The notes beneath the pieces were generated by a model that saw nothing but the letters and a program-made list of their open reading frames with translations, was not told where the DNA came from and ran no database searches. From contig NW_002060948.1 in the NCBI RefSeq assembly GCF_000150275.1, forward strand, positions 754,360 to 818,359: DNA of 64,000 bases. The letters are read 5' to 3'. A program made the position numbers and the translations under genes. The stretch's first letter is position 1. The number at the start of each line of letters is the position of its first letter. Origin of the DNA: Trichoplax adhaerens. Taxonomy: Eukaryota; Animalia; Placozoa. This document shows, one piece after another, positions 41,001 to 55,400 of the stretch.

Positions 41001-44000
41001 ACATTTAGGGTTAGAAAGCCAGTTCGATGTGTTCTGGAAAGAGATATTGACATGTCAATAACTGGAACAAGACATCCTTTTTTATTTAGATATAAGGTAA
41101 TACGTGAATGAATATCGCCGTTAAATACAGATTACAGATGTAAAGCAGGTTTTGGTATTAAAAGAGCTTTACTATGCGTATTTAGGTTGGATTTTCTAAT
41201 AATGGAGCTGTTCGTGCTTTAAAAATTCGTATGTATTCTAACGCTGGAAACTCGTTCGATTTGTCCTTAGCGGTACGAAGAGCAATTTATCTTTTAAAAG
41301 CTACTATAGTTATCTCATCAACTTAAGTTGTTATAACACGAAGTAGGCAGTAATCGTTATTATTGTGTAAATCTTTCAGGTTATGGAGCGTGCCTTAATA
41401 GGATTTCGAAGCTGTTACCATTTTTCAAATATTGATATTATGGGTTATATATGTAAAACAAATATTCCATCCAACACAGCTTTTAGAGGATTTGGTTCTC
41501 CTCAGGTATGTTAGAGATTGTTTCGTCTGATCTGCCAATATCATTTTGACATTGTGTTAAATCTGTTATCCCTATTTGTGGGTTATTTATAAGACTAATG
41601 TAATGAAATTGTTCGTAATTCTAGGATCATATTTACTTTTTTTACAGGGAATGTTATTAACCGAGACGATATTAAATGATGTTGCTACAGCATGTGATCT
41701 TCCTCCATTGAAGGTGGTAGTACAATCCAGTTTATGGTTTTGCTACAGTGCAGAAGCCATGCAATCAAATTAGAATATTGAGTAATTTCTATTATTCGTA
41801 TATCATTTAACTCAGGTTAGAGAGGTTAACCTGCATAAAGACGGTGATTTGGCTCATTATAATATGACTGTGGAGAATAGCAAAGCTAGCCTTGTTTTAC
41901 AGCAAGTCGTTGAAAAGAGTCATTACGAACGTCGCAAACAACAAATTAGTTCCTTCAATAGGTAATAAAGCTAATTTTTAATCTTTAATATTATCGCAAT
42001 TTCCATTTATACTGTAGTCAAGACGGTAATTGGATTCTAGAAACTATGGATTAATGCCTATCAATGCATAATTTTTTCCGCCGTTATAATAAAGCTACGA
42101 CCAAATACGTATTGATGTTTAATTAATGGACGTTTTGATCATGGTATATATACACGTATACAGTACATATGGTTAAGAATTGAAGGAATTAGATATATCA
42201 AGCTGTATTTTAATCTACAATTATTGATGAAATTATTGACTGTATCATTCTCCTTCCATGTAGTAATACAATGATAGTCTATTTCATTTATTTAGGTAGT
42301 ATTTGGTCATATTTAAATCATTTTTAATTACTAATAACGCCAAAATAAAGTCTTGCTCTTTCATATTTTTATGAAATAAGAAGCAAATAAACAACCGCAG
42401 AGAATATTTCGCTCTTTAATATTAATGAAATCACTTAAAATTCTTTATCGATCATTCGTATTTTCCTAACATATACTAATACTGTCCAATTGTACCGTAC
42501 TTAGTTGTAAGGATTTATTGGGTATTATTGCGTTTAAATAATAAACAGTTTCGATTTTTACTATTTATAATTGCAGAGAAAATCGATGGAAGAAACGCGG
42601 TATTGCTGTCATTCCTACCGGCTTCCCAATATCCTATCCATTAAAGTTTTTTAATCAGGTGTTAATATAGTAATAGAAATCGTGGACTGGCATTAATTTA
42701 ATAAGTATAAAGCGAAGCATCTCCAATATTTTAACTATTTTCAAATCTTTAGGGTGGCGCTCTAGTTATGATTTATCTAGATGGTTCAGTTTTACTATCT
42801 CATGGCGGAACTGAAATGGGCCAAGGTTTACATACTAAATTAACACAGGTCTGCATAAAATTGTAATTCAGTAGCAATGATTAAAATTACGATAGTTGAA
42901 ATTTCAAGTGTAAAATTAATTTGTTCGAGATGCAGTTAGTGTTGCTTAATTATTACATAATTAATAAGAAATAAAAATAGTTAGGAATATAGCCTACAAT
43001 CCCTTTTTACTACCTACGGATGCAGATGCAACTGTGGTGTTAATATACTCATTGCAAGCGCAAACATTGGATTAAGAGCAGAAATAGCAGCAGTAATCGT
43101 AATTCCGCTACAGTTACTCTAATATTAATATCATCTCTATGTTAGATTTGTTCGCACGTTTTGGGAGTACCAGTTGAGAAGGTACATATGCTTGAGACAT
43201 CAACGTCGTCTGTTCCCAACACTACGCCAACATCGGCATCCGTAGCTACCGACTTAAATGGTGGAGCAGTTCTTGTAAGCATGTTTGTTACTATCCTTTA
43301 TTGAATGAGAATTTTAAATAATAAATGTACTGTTAGTATTTAGGTTTGTCCTTTTAATGTTGTTATACGTCATTGTTATTTAAAAGAATGGGTTATAAAT
43401 CTGTTACTAATTTTCTAATGTATAATTCATGATCAATATTGAATCAAAATTTATAACCATCTCTAGATAGAATTGCCACTTTAATTTAATTTCTTTTGGA
43501 GCTAAGCTTCGTAAAGTATAATATTTTAATGGTATAAAATTTCTATTAAAAAGATGAAATATTTTATCTAGAATGCGTGTGAAAAGTTAAAAGATAGGAT
43601 TGCTCCTTATCAAGCTGCTAATCCAAAAGGAAAATGGGAAGATTGGGTAAATACATGATTTAAGAACACATCTGCAGTGATTTCATATTTAGATTATATG
43701 CCATTAAGCAGATTTTTGCATAGTATTCTGTCGTATACAATATTTCAGCATAGATTATTACCAATTATTAGAAATGATTGAATTGACTTAGCCACATTAT
43801 TTACAAGGCTGAAGAAATATGTAATTTTAGCCTAAATACTTAGCGATTTATTATTCAAATTGTTGCTGTCATCATCTACTAGCAAATAGACATCTATTCA
43901 AATCTTGTAGATATTGGTTATCTTTACACAGACATTTAACAGCTATTGGAAAATTTTAATAATTCTTATCATAGATCACTGCTGCCTACCTGGACAGAGT

Positions 44001-45928
44001 AAATCTGTCCGCTAATGGATTCTATCGGTATATAAAGAAATTAAAGTATACTTATTTATTATAGTGTATTCAAATTTCAATATATACCAGGAAACCTTTA
44101 ATGAAAGTTTAAATAACTAGGCTCCCTGATCGTGTAAATTATGACTGGGAGGCGAATACCGGCCAGCCGTTTTATTATATAACATATGGTGCTGCAGTAT
44201 CTGAAGTTGAGATTGACACCTTAACTGGAAGTCATCATGTATATCTTATTTAATATTATATTTTCATGTAGATAGCAATGTCCTTCGTATCATTATGAGA
44301 CAAATTCTACGCTTTTTATAGGCATAGAAATTATAGTAAAATACATCATATATATTCATACTTAATTCTATTAAGATAATTTGTTTTGCGGATGGCCTTA
44401 ATGATATAAGAATTGATCAATAATTATAGATAATACGGTCGGATATTGTCATGGATGTTGGCAAAAGTATTAATCCTGCCATCGACATTGGCCAAGTATA
44501 AGATGAAATTGTTTATCGAATTGTTAATTATGTTATCAATTATTTGTGTATAGTTTAATCTCGAGTATAAAAATTTTTTTTTCGATTCAGATTGAGGGGG
44601 CCTTTATGCAAGGAATTGGATTATTTACATTAGAAGAGCAATATTTCTCGCCAGAGGGGAAACTATTAACTCGTGGGCCATCAACCTATAAATTACCAAC
44701 TTCTAGGGATATTCCAAATGAATTTTACGTTTCCTTATTACCGAATGTTCCGAATGATAAAGCAGTCTTTTCTTCCAAGGTAATCTCTACTTAATTCCTA
44801 TGGTTATTTAAACAACATCTATAAATGCACATGTTCTTATGTATTGTTTTATATGTTTTTGCTTGCATTGATTTATATTTTTAAATCGTAATCTAGAATT
44901 CATACAATGTACCTAAAGCGTCTGAGTTATTTATTCTCAAATTATCATTAAATTGGCCTAACATTACTTTTTGAATTATTGCAGGGGATTGGAGAACCGC
45001 CATTGTTTTTAGGATCGTCAGTATTCTTCGCAATTAAAGATGCTATCAACTCTGCGAGGTATAATATACAGTATCTTACAGTAATAAAATTCTCTTGCTC
45101 CTGCAATATCTATTAGCATTCATTTATATAAAAGGTAGAAGTCCTACTTTAAATATGAAAAGGACTTTATTAGAAAATGTTTTATACCCTAATAACGAAA
45201 AATGATCTTTTCTACGGTACTGCATAAAGATTTAGGGGTCTCTAGTCAAACTAAGAAGAAATATAATCTATCACATTTTAATTTGTGATAAAATCTAAAT
45301 CCGTTAGAATCTGAGATCATAACATTTTCTATCGTAGATTTCGCATCCGTTCTCGTTCATATACAAATCTAAGAATAAAATTTAATTTACTTAAATTAAG
45401 TTCCCTCTACGGGATGGGCTGCATATTCTACCACTATAACCTATATTTATAATAAATCGTCATTTTACCAAAACTACACAATCTTTAGAATACTGATTCT
45501 ATGCTTCATAGTTCTAGACTATTATGGCTAATACTCTTATGCCGTACTCGATACTAATAAGCATCTTTAGAATGGGATAAAAAATCTACATTGTTATAAC
45601 ATAGCGAGAAATCCCTTTGAAGAGAATTTATTTCAACATGATTTATTTATAGAAGATTATGCTAAGATTAGCATATTAAAGAAGTATTAAAACTATTTAA
45701 TTAGGCAAGAAGTTGGTTTAGGCCTTATATATAGATTGGATAGCCCTGGTACATGTGAACGCATTAGAATGGCATGTCAAGATCAAATTACCACAGCGGT
45801 ATTCCATTATTATATTATTTGAATCTTGTAATCAAATAAATGATATAATTATATCTATATTTTATCGAATTTAGATCGAGTCTACAGTTCAAGAGCCGAA
45901 TGAAAAGCCATGGGCTATTCGTATATAA
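32011..45928 (+). CDS. XDH: Xanthine dehydrogenase-like paralog B, about 39 exons
   Basis: Starts [15 protein letters not shown]. Contains [72 protein letters not shown] and GIGEPPLFL. Ends EKPWAIRI*. Confidence 0.93.
40215..40440. repeat. Intronic minisatellite, ~86-bp unit, ~2.6 diverged copies
   Basis: AAAGCCAACATTATC...GATTCTCAT recurs at ~40215, ~40301 and ~40387. Confidence 0.8.
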
Positions 45929-47374
45929 TTTGTTAAATATAGGGTATTATTATACTTTATTGTATTGCGGATTGCTTTCAATTTAAAAGCAGTCGTAAAA
46001 TTTTACCATGTAAAGTTTAGATTGTCCTCAATATCTTGTGTAGGTTAATATATTATACGAACGAATCTTGTGCTCATATAATATTAGTAACAAAGCGAGA
46101 ATTAGCAATTCGAGTAAAACTTAATGCTTGAGAAGGAAGAAACACCTTTGTTATTAAAATTAAGTGGCTGTTATAATTTTACAGGTTTTTTTATTTGTAG
46201 TTTGCTCGTGAGATCATGCAATAATCATAGATAGAAATCTTATGTGTGCTCCATAATTTAAGTGATAAGAATTAAGAGCTATAGTATGCTATAGCAAACA
46301 TTCCATTTTTAACGTTTTTTACATTCAAAATAATTCACTTTATTTTAATCTCTTAATAAATAAATCTATAATTATTTCTATGAATATAGTAATACGTATT
46401 TCTACATAACAATTATAATTGTCCGCGTTGCAATAGTATCGTAACACTACTATGTGATTACATAAAGGAAGTTTACTTTCTATCACAATGTTGCCAAAGG
46501 TAACATACCAATTGGTTTTTATATCTAATATCAGTATGGTGTAGAAAGCTAGTACTATACAAGTATTAAAATCACTTAATATGTTGCATATATATATTTT
46601 CGACCCCATTTAACTGCAATAACTATGGCTGGAAGTGATTTGAGCTGTTAAATCTCACTATTCACATTTCTTTTCCTGTTTTAGACCTGCAGGCTAGTAA
46701 TATTTTCTGTTTTGTTACAGCTTTGTTACATGATAAAATTTTGAGGATTATTAATTTAGTTCACTGCAATAGCTATATATAAGCATGTATTCCTTCCTAT
46801 TTATAATCGAGCCACTTGTAAACATTTGATTTTCTATCATAAATTTTCAAATTGACAGATCAAATCTTGTTCTATTTTTGTTATTTAGTTATAGAATTAG
46901 TCCTAGTATTGAACGCAGACTTAAATTGTTATTTTATGTCATTGTAATGGACTATAGAGTTGAACTAAAGCTGACAGAAATGGAAGAAGAGATAAAATTT
47001 GTGGTTGTAAAATAAATAGTATATAGAAGTAGATAAACTCCACGTTTATACTCTAGTAGCTACTGTACGATTAGTTAAGTGTATAAGCTTATCGTTCAAT
47101 TGGTAAAAACTAAGTAACTAAATACGGTAAACGATAGATATATCACTCCTATAAAATATTCAATCATCATATAAATACTAAAGGGAAGCCTTTCAAAATT
47201 ATTCTATATTTTGAAATGATTTAGATCTAAACGCAGATATCATCACGATTCGATTTTTATTGGATAACGACCCTGATATACATAAATGCAGCAGCGGTGC
47301 ACAGCTGATACTAGCCCAGGGACCTTAATATTGATATACAGTATACATTAGGCAGTATTAATAATTTACTTTGT

Positions 47375-48180
47375 ACACTTTACCACAAGTATCCAATGCA
47401 GCAGCCAGTCTTTCATGATCTCCAATAAATTTCTAGTAATAGCAAGTGCCATCTAATAGTGAAAGTAGTACAACTATAGGTATTCAAGTAACGTTAAAGA
47501 TGGTAATTCAAGCTCAAGCGTTTGCACCATCATAGTCTCTCAGAAGGTATACAAATACTCTAACATTTACAAGAGATAATAACTTGTTTAGAAGTTGACT
47601 CCTAATCAATACTTTTATTCCGTTAAATAATCGTAAATCGCCTCTGATACTATGGATATACTTCCTAAATATGAGTTGCACAAACAAGAAAATCTTTCTT
47701 GTAAGAAGAAGTAGACTTTAAATAAAAGTAACTTTTATGATTGTGATATAATAGAATTGACATCAATGGTTCTTTTAGATGAATTAATATATTGCTTTTG
47801 CTTTATTACAATCATCAAGTAACATATTAAAATTTGGGACCCTTTAGGTAACAATAAATCAGTCGTAAAAATGATTTATAAGCAATAAGCACGAGTATAT
47901 GCTGATCTAATTGTACTAGGTACTATGAGCACAAGTAATAATTTGCGTATCAATCTAGTAACATTTCATAGTATTTATACGTACGTTTATAGTAATTGTT
48001 TTAAAATGTAGATATGCCCATAGAAAGCAATAGTCAAGCATAGGTAGAATCTGGTTGAGAAAAATAAATCATGCGAAATGAAGTCTCGATAATGCATTGG
48101 GTATTACTATTATTGTTCCAGAAAGTCTTCATATAACAAATCACATAAAGGATTATAATGAAACTTTGCTACTATTAATA
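47375..48180. repeat. Dispersed repeat copy 1 (~800 bp), same orientation as the copy at 63259-64000
   Basis: Colinear shared blocks AGCTCAAGCGTTTGCA, AAGGTATACAAATACTCTAA, AAATATGAGTTGCACAAACAAGAAAATCTTTC and GATTATAATGAAA. Confidence 0.9.
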
Positions 48181-48643
48181 GCTATAGTTTAACCCAAATA
48201 CAACCTCAAAACCTTTTAATGCTAGAATGATTACACAGGTAATGTTTTTACGAATTAGTATCTACGTATATAATTCCGATCTTAGTATTTGTGATATATA
48301 CCAATCACGAGATTCAAATTTTAGAAAAATGAGGGCTTTATTGAATTTTATACAAAGATTAACTACACACAGCTCTACTTTAGCCGAATACTACTACTAA
48401 AGACTTCTAGAACGAACTAACAGAATAATCTAAAGTTGCATGCTTTTATACTTTCCGTAGCATTCGCAGCTACAATCCGCATGGCAAGCTTTTACCTTAT
48501 TTTACACATAGTTAAATTATTTTTAGTAAGACTATTCTACTGCGGACCATCGTTAATCCAATATGGATACGACTACAGTACTTACGTAGACATTATTCAC
48601 ACCAGCCTAAGTACAATGAATTAACCATATCCTAATATATGAT

Positions 48644-49245
48644 TGTCACAAATATCTCCTACTTGTGAGCGATTAAACTTCTCTAGTTGCTATTACTCTC
48701 GTTGAACACTGGCTATTATGGTCGAGGTTAGAACTACTAGAAGAGTTTTAATGTTATACAATACTGTATTGGTATAAGTCCGGGTTACAGGCCTGTCTAT
48801 TACGATCGGAATTTGGAACTGAACAAGCTAGTCTGAGCTCGCCCTTTTATACCCTTAGTGCAGGCCGTTGGTGCATTGTAGCGAACTGGACTCTGCTTAT
48901 TTTACTAAAATTTATATTAGAATTTCTTTACAATTGATAACAGGACTTAGTATAGACAAAGCTTGTAAACAACATTAATTAGAATAAATCAATTAATAAC
49001 CAATTAGAGCCCTGAAGCTCTACACTAAATTAACACGCTTTTGATAGGTTCTATAGCCTATCATTAGATTACTTAATACTAAGCTAAGTAATTCTATGGC
49101 AACAATATAGATGGTGCATTTACATCTAATATTAATAATCCGAAACTCAATTAGCAATAGCGAATCGCAATTAACAAGAATGGATAAACAACATTAAAAG
49201 CAATTAGAAATATTAATTTAGCTTACGGTGTCAGACACCGTAACA
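48644..49245 (-). mobile_element. Solo LTR of an LTR retrotransposon (602 bp) with 5-bp target-site duplication ATGAT
   Basis: Minus-strand ends TGTTAC...GTGACA (TG...CA). ATGAT flanks both sides (48639-48643, 49246-49250). An internal GGGTATAAAAGGG TATA box (48842-48854) is followed by ATTAAA (48747-48752) on the minus strand. Confidence 0.78.
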
Positions 49246-49491
49246 ATGATTTACAGTTCTATTTTTACCTATAGCTATAGCCTTGTTAGTAACTCAACAC
49301 CTTACTGTATATAGTCATCTGTACTCTAGCATAGAGTCTCTACCACTACAGTCTATAGTTATAGCTACCAAATATCTCTTGGGATAAATATCTACCGTAC
49401 ATTATACTAAACATGGCTAATAGTCTACAATCACAATACTAGTTACATTACAGTATTGTAGACGTTATTTGAATGATATGGAATTGTATCG

Positions 49492-52400
49492 TTAAACCCG
49501 TATCATCCATGGCTTTTCATCGTCCTTACGTGTAGATGGCTTGATCTATGTAAAAAAAATTACGTTAACCAAAATATTTAATGTTTTAATTCATTAATTT
49601 AAAAACAGACTAATAAATAAATACACAATATATACTCGTAGTATTATATTCATCATTTCTGGTATGTTAAAAATAATTGATCGATCGCGAGTATGCACAT
49701 AATCAAATTGATTTGAAAGTATACCTTTATATATCTATTAAGGCTATTTTCAGTACACTAATACATACAAAAGTGATATCTCGCAATTAACTCGTATCAT
49801 TTCTAGTTAAGGCTAACTTTATATATTGGTATATATGAAATTTAATACAAAATAAATCGTTAACTCTTTTATGTTTAAGTTTATAATAGTAAGCATTAAC
49901 ATATAATCGATTATAATTATTGACCACAAGTGCATTAACAGTAGATTTTTGTTAAAAAAGAATTCTATAATATTATTTTACTGTACTTAAACAGATAACT
50001 AAAAACAATCTTCTCTGGAGTACTTGATTCTTAAGAATGATGGCCAATACAACTAGGGTAATATTTAATTACTTTCATATTACAGAAATCTATACAATCT
50101 TTATTACTGTTAAGATTTACCAGTGCTGTAATTTCATCATTACACATCATTCTTATCCTTTCGCATGTCGCTGGACTATCAAATCGAAATATATTGCTTA
50201 TGTCAGCATCTTGCCTAATGTTGAGAGAAAGATTTACAATAATCAGCATTTCGAGTCATGAAAATGACATGGAAGATGATTGTGTAGCTTTATAACTATT
50301 TCTTGTTATAAAGTCTTGATGATTAATGGATGATAATATTAAGGTACAAGGAAACCTGGCTGCGATTATTGCATCCTTAATAGCGAAAAATACGGAAGAT
50401 CCTAATAGCAATGGCGGTTCTCCAATTCCCTGTTATATAATCATTAATTTTTTTGAATAACACTCTCAATGAAAATTACTGAAAATTAATACAGTTGATT
50501 CAAATTATACCGTAAATCGTGGGTTTTAGCTAATCCGTACGCGTACAAAAAGGATTATAGAGTATATACCTTAGATGAATATATTGCATATTTATTAGGG
50601 ACTTTGGGAAGCAAATAAACATAAAATTCGTTAGGAATATCAGTGGAACTTGGAATCTTGTACGTCCCTGGTCCTCGCGTCAATAGGTATCCAGTAGGAG
50701 AAAAAATATGATCTTCTAATGTATAAAGCCCCACTCCTTGAATAAATCCTCCTTCAATCTAATTATTAATTAATATTAGATTGCAGAATTAGCATCTCCA
50801 TAATTTATGCATATCTTGCATGTATTAACCGTTTTCAAATCAGGCAAATAAATCATTAATAATAAAACCAAATATTCAGTACAAAGCTGTTTATTCTTCA
50901 CCTGACCAATGTCGACTGCCGGGTTTAAACTTTTACCAACATCCATAACGATATCAGTTCTTAATATCTATATATGTGTTAATTATTAGCACATCAGAAA
51001 TGTTAACATATAAAGTCTTAAATTTTATGTTATACCATAATTATTCTATTGAAATTTACAGAAGTATAGCGATATGATATTATAATAAAAAAATTTAAAA
51101 AGCTAGTACATGAAAATCTCCAGTCAAGGTATCTATTTCAACTTCAGAAACTGCTGCTCCATACGTGCGATAAAGATAGGTTTTACTGTCGTCGTATGCA
51201 GGACAACTAGAAAATTTTAAAGTTTACTGCTTCAGTACAGCGTTAACTTTAAACATTTATAACGACATAATTTTAAATTTTTAAACCTGTAAAATCCATT
51301 GGCAGATAAATTGACTCTATTGAGGTAGGCAGCTTTAACCTTCAAAGAGCAAATATAACTTTTACTGCATATCTAACCAATTTAGTCGATACATTGTCTC
51401 TAAAATAGTTACGAGTTATAAAAACCTTAACATATCGAAATTTCTTACCCAATCTTCCCATTTCCCTTTCGGGTTAGCTTCTTGAAATGGTTTGATTCTA
51501 TTTCGCAATTTTTCGCATGCGTTCTTTGTTATTAAAGCAAGAAATTGTTATACAATTTAAAATCTACATAGTACGACATTCAAATAATAGAAATTGACTG
51601 ATGTTATATTATCTATTTTAGTATGAAATATCACTAAGAAAATTTAAATAGAAATTTTACATACGGCAATGGCTGCACCATTTAAATCGGTTGATGACGA
51701 GGCGGCAGTTTGGGTAGCATTAGGTATATTAGATGAATTAGTTTCTATCAAATAGATTTTATCAGTTGGAACTCCAAGAATATGTGAACAAATCTGTAAA
51801 TATATAACGTACGTTTTATTATTACTTTCAAAATAACAAGAATTAGGATATTGTTAACACAGTTCATTTGACCGCTACTGGATCAATATTAAATGAGTAA
51901 ATAAGTGTATTGAGCTCAATATAATTGATCCTATGAATGGAGACCTGTGTCATCTTGGTATGCAATCCTTGGCCCATTTCAATTCCACCGTGACTTAGAA
52001 GAACAGAACCATCTAGATAAATTATTACTAATGCTCCACCCTAAGTTAGGATCAAAATTAGCATTAATCATTAATTAGTATAATATTGCCATATTGTAGC
52101 AACAGAATTGTTAGGCTGATAGTTACAATTAATCTTAAAAGAACTTATACATCAATGGCTAGCAATCGCTTATATTGTAGCTTAAAGTACTATAGAACAA
52201 CTAGTACTATATCTATCTCGTAATTTTACCTGGTTCATAAACCTTATATTGAATCCAACAGGATAACTTAGTGGGATTACAGAAATGCCACGTTTCTTCC
52301 ATCGGTTCTCTCTACATAAGTGATGCAGCAAATTAAGTAATATATTAACATGATTCTGAGATATTTTGCTTACAAATATCGTACTGTAATTTAATAGATA

Positions 52401-55400
52401 ATAAAATTGCTGAAAGTTTTACATACGCGGTCTTGATAGACTATTAGGAGGATTAGTAGAATAGATAAATTTACGATTGCTATTACAATTACCTATTATA
52501 AGATTCAACATCTACTTTGCGTTTGTGGAAATTACTGCTTTTGATGACTTCATTTAAAACTGTTCGCACTCTGCTTTCTTCTATCACGTCACCATAATGA
52601 GTTATATCTCCGTCTTTGTATAAATTTATTTCCCTCACCTGTTGGCAAAATCTTGCATGTTTATTAAAAATCATAAATTTCTAAGTAATATTTAGATTGA
52701 ATACCTGTAATTGGGTAATGCCACAATTAATTGCAATTTCAGTTAAAATCGTTTCTATTGCGAAAACGCCCTGTAGAAAATGTTATGATATCACAAGAAT
52801 GCTGGCGGAATTTATTTTAAACTATGCCGGATAAACTTAAGAGAAATGCTATATGCAAGCTATTTTCCTTCATTTTGCTCTTACTTGTGGCGATCCAAAA
52901 CCTCTGAAAGCAGTATTAGATGGGATGTTGGTTTTGCATAAGTATGGAGAGATATCAAAATGAGGAATTCGGTAGCAACTACTGCAGGTCAACAAAGTGC
53001 GTGACATAACCTACAGTATCCAAATATTTATTTAAAGATTACTCGATTACTCTGGATACTGAGAAATTACTGGAAGTAAATTAAGCTAAGACAAAAGAAT
53101 AAAATTTTATTATTCAAGCACATCATTTTACCGCCGGAGATAAATCTAAGCTATTTCCACAGTTGGCATACATTCGAAGGCGTAGTGCATTAATTATACC
53201 AGTACTACCGAAGCCAACCTATGAGATAGGTACATTGCATATAACATAGTTTTATAATGGGATATGTAAATACATCGTATTTCAAATTTAATATTAACCT
53301 TGTACTTAAATAAATATGGATGTCTTGTTCCCGTTATTGACATGTCGACGTCTCTATCTAATACACACCGTACGGGCCTTTTCGAGCTAACAATGCGATA
53401 TACAGCATTAGCATTTCTATTTTGCCAAATCGTAGTTAAGGGTAGCTGACTAGAGTAAGATTGAATCGTACTCGTGTAAATCAAGTTTTAGTTTCCAAGA
53501 TTATTAAGATTTACCTCTGAGCGCCGATGGAAGCTGCTAATGCAATAATTATAGTACGCGATTCTTTGCCACCAAATCCTCCTCCTTAAATAAGCGCGAA
53601 AGAAGAGATTAATATGTATGTTGCATTAAAAATTTAATATTTAGAAATGTTACATCTTTCTCCGTATGGCGATTTTTAAAATTTTACTATTCTTCTGTTT
53701 AAATTGCATTTGTATTCCTGTACCTAAACGTTTAATTCTGATAATAACCCTGTTAAAGGGAATATCCAAGGCTTTACAAATGCTTTCTTGGATGAAAAAT
53801 GATCCTTGAGATGTTACAAAAATCTCCATTTCTCCACTTTCCAATTTAGGTAAAGCAACACATGATTGAGGTTCGAGGTAAAAATGTTCCTACAGAAAAT
53901 ATTTAATACATAATAGTTTTACAATGGTATAAATAATTCAGTAATTATGATAAATAGCTGCTGTTTGCAATATAAATAGACTATACGAGTATACCTGACC
54001 GCCGATTCGAATATCACCTTCCAGTACATGATCAGACTTTTCTATTTCTTTTTCGATACCTTCTACGTTGAATTGCTTATCATACGGATAGTAACTGTCT
54101 GCTTGTATAGCTCTCTAATAATTCATATCACAAATATCAAATAACGTTAATAATACAGTCTATGGTAATGTTTTACTAGCCTAATGCAATAACTAAAAAT
54201 TAGAATCATTTACTTCAATTGTTAAAATAGCGGGCAAATCTTCATATACAACGTGCACAGCTTTGGCAGCTTCATTAGCATGTTCTTTCGTATCTGCTAA
54301 GATTACTCCAATCAATTGACCAACGCAAGTTACCTAATTAGATATCATATAAATGTAACGAAGGCTAATTTTAAAATTTTTCTTCATAGATTTTATCATA
54401 ACAGTAATGATTGTTATCCATATAAAGCAAATGAAGTACTATAGGCGTAGTGTAGATAGATTTAGGATTGTAGTATATATTGATGACTAACTTTGCTCGT
54501 GAATTACTGTTCAGCAGAAATTATATCACTTTACTATAAAATACAATGTGAGGCAATCCCTTTATCTAGGTTCTAATTCATAGATATTAGCCTGTTTTAG
54601 TTTTTTATTATTGCGACAAGTATACGCGGATATATTAATTATAATTGCGAATTAAACGGATTCAAGAACAGATTGTTAATTTAGTACGATAAAGTTAGGA
54701 GTTCTAGGATTTAATCTTTTTGAATTCTTTACCAATTGTTAGATTGATTTAGAATACGTTAGGATAATAGTTCGTTGTAATGATCTAATCAACAGTTTTA
54801 TGAATTACATACCAGTAAAAAGTGATGTAATTTGATATTCCAGTTAGAGGAACTGTATTGAAGTCGTGTACTCGGGTTCTTCTCTAATTGTAGGTAACTT
54901 ATACTTTTTACTGTTTGGCTGATTGACGTAGCATGAACTGCTATCTTTGGATTAATACTTTCAATATCAAACTATTACTTATTTTGCTACGCTTCTCTCA
55001 CGCTAGTTTTACTATATACATATTCTTAGTTACAATTAAAATTAAAATAAAGATACATCTATTCTCCTTAGTAAATTACAGTAGTTTAAAGCAGGGACTT
55101 CTAAGAAAAGAATTTTTTCTTAGCAGTCTCTGTTTAAGGCGAGTGGCTGTGAACATATAGAAAGTTAAGCGGCACGAACAAAATTGATTCACATAGCTAT
55201 ACTTCACCTCTTTCGTAGCAAATATTTCTTCATCTGCTTGAATAACTCCGAATAGATTAGATCCTTTTACATCTTTAGCAGTTACGTGAGAGTGTACTCC
55301 AGGCATTGATAAAGCGTCTTTATAATCTACTGATCTGTGAGAAATTAAAATTTCAAATGAACTATAAATTATATGTCGTAGAGGTATATTTATAATTTGG

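Noticed and set aside
48775-48800. Twister-ribozyme-like word CCGGGTTACAGGCC
   Set aside because: The flanking stems and pseudoknot partners were not found, and it lies inside the solo LTR.
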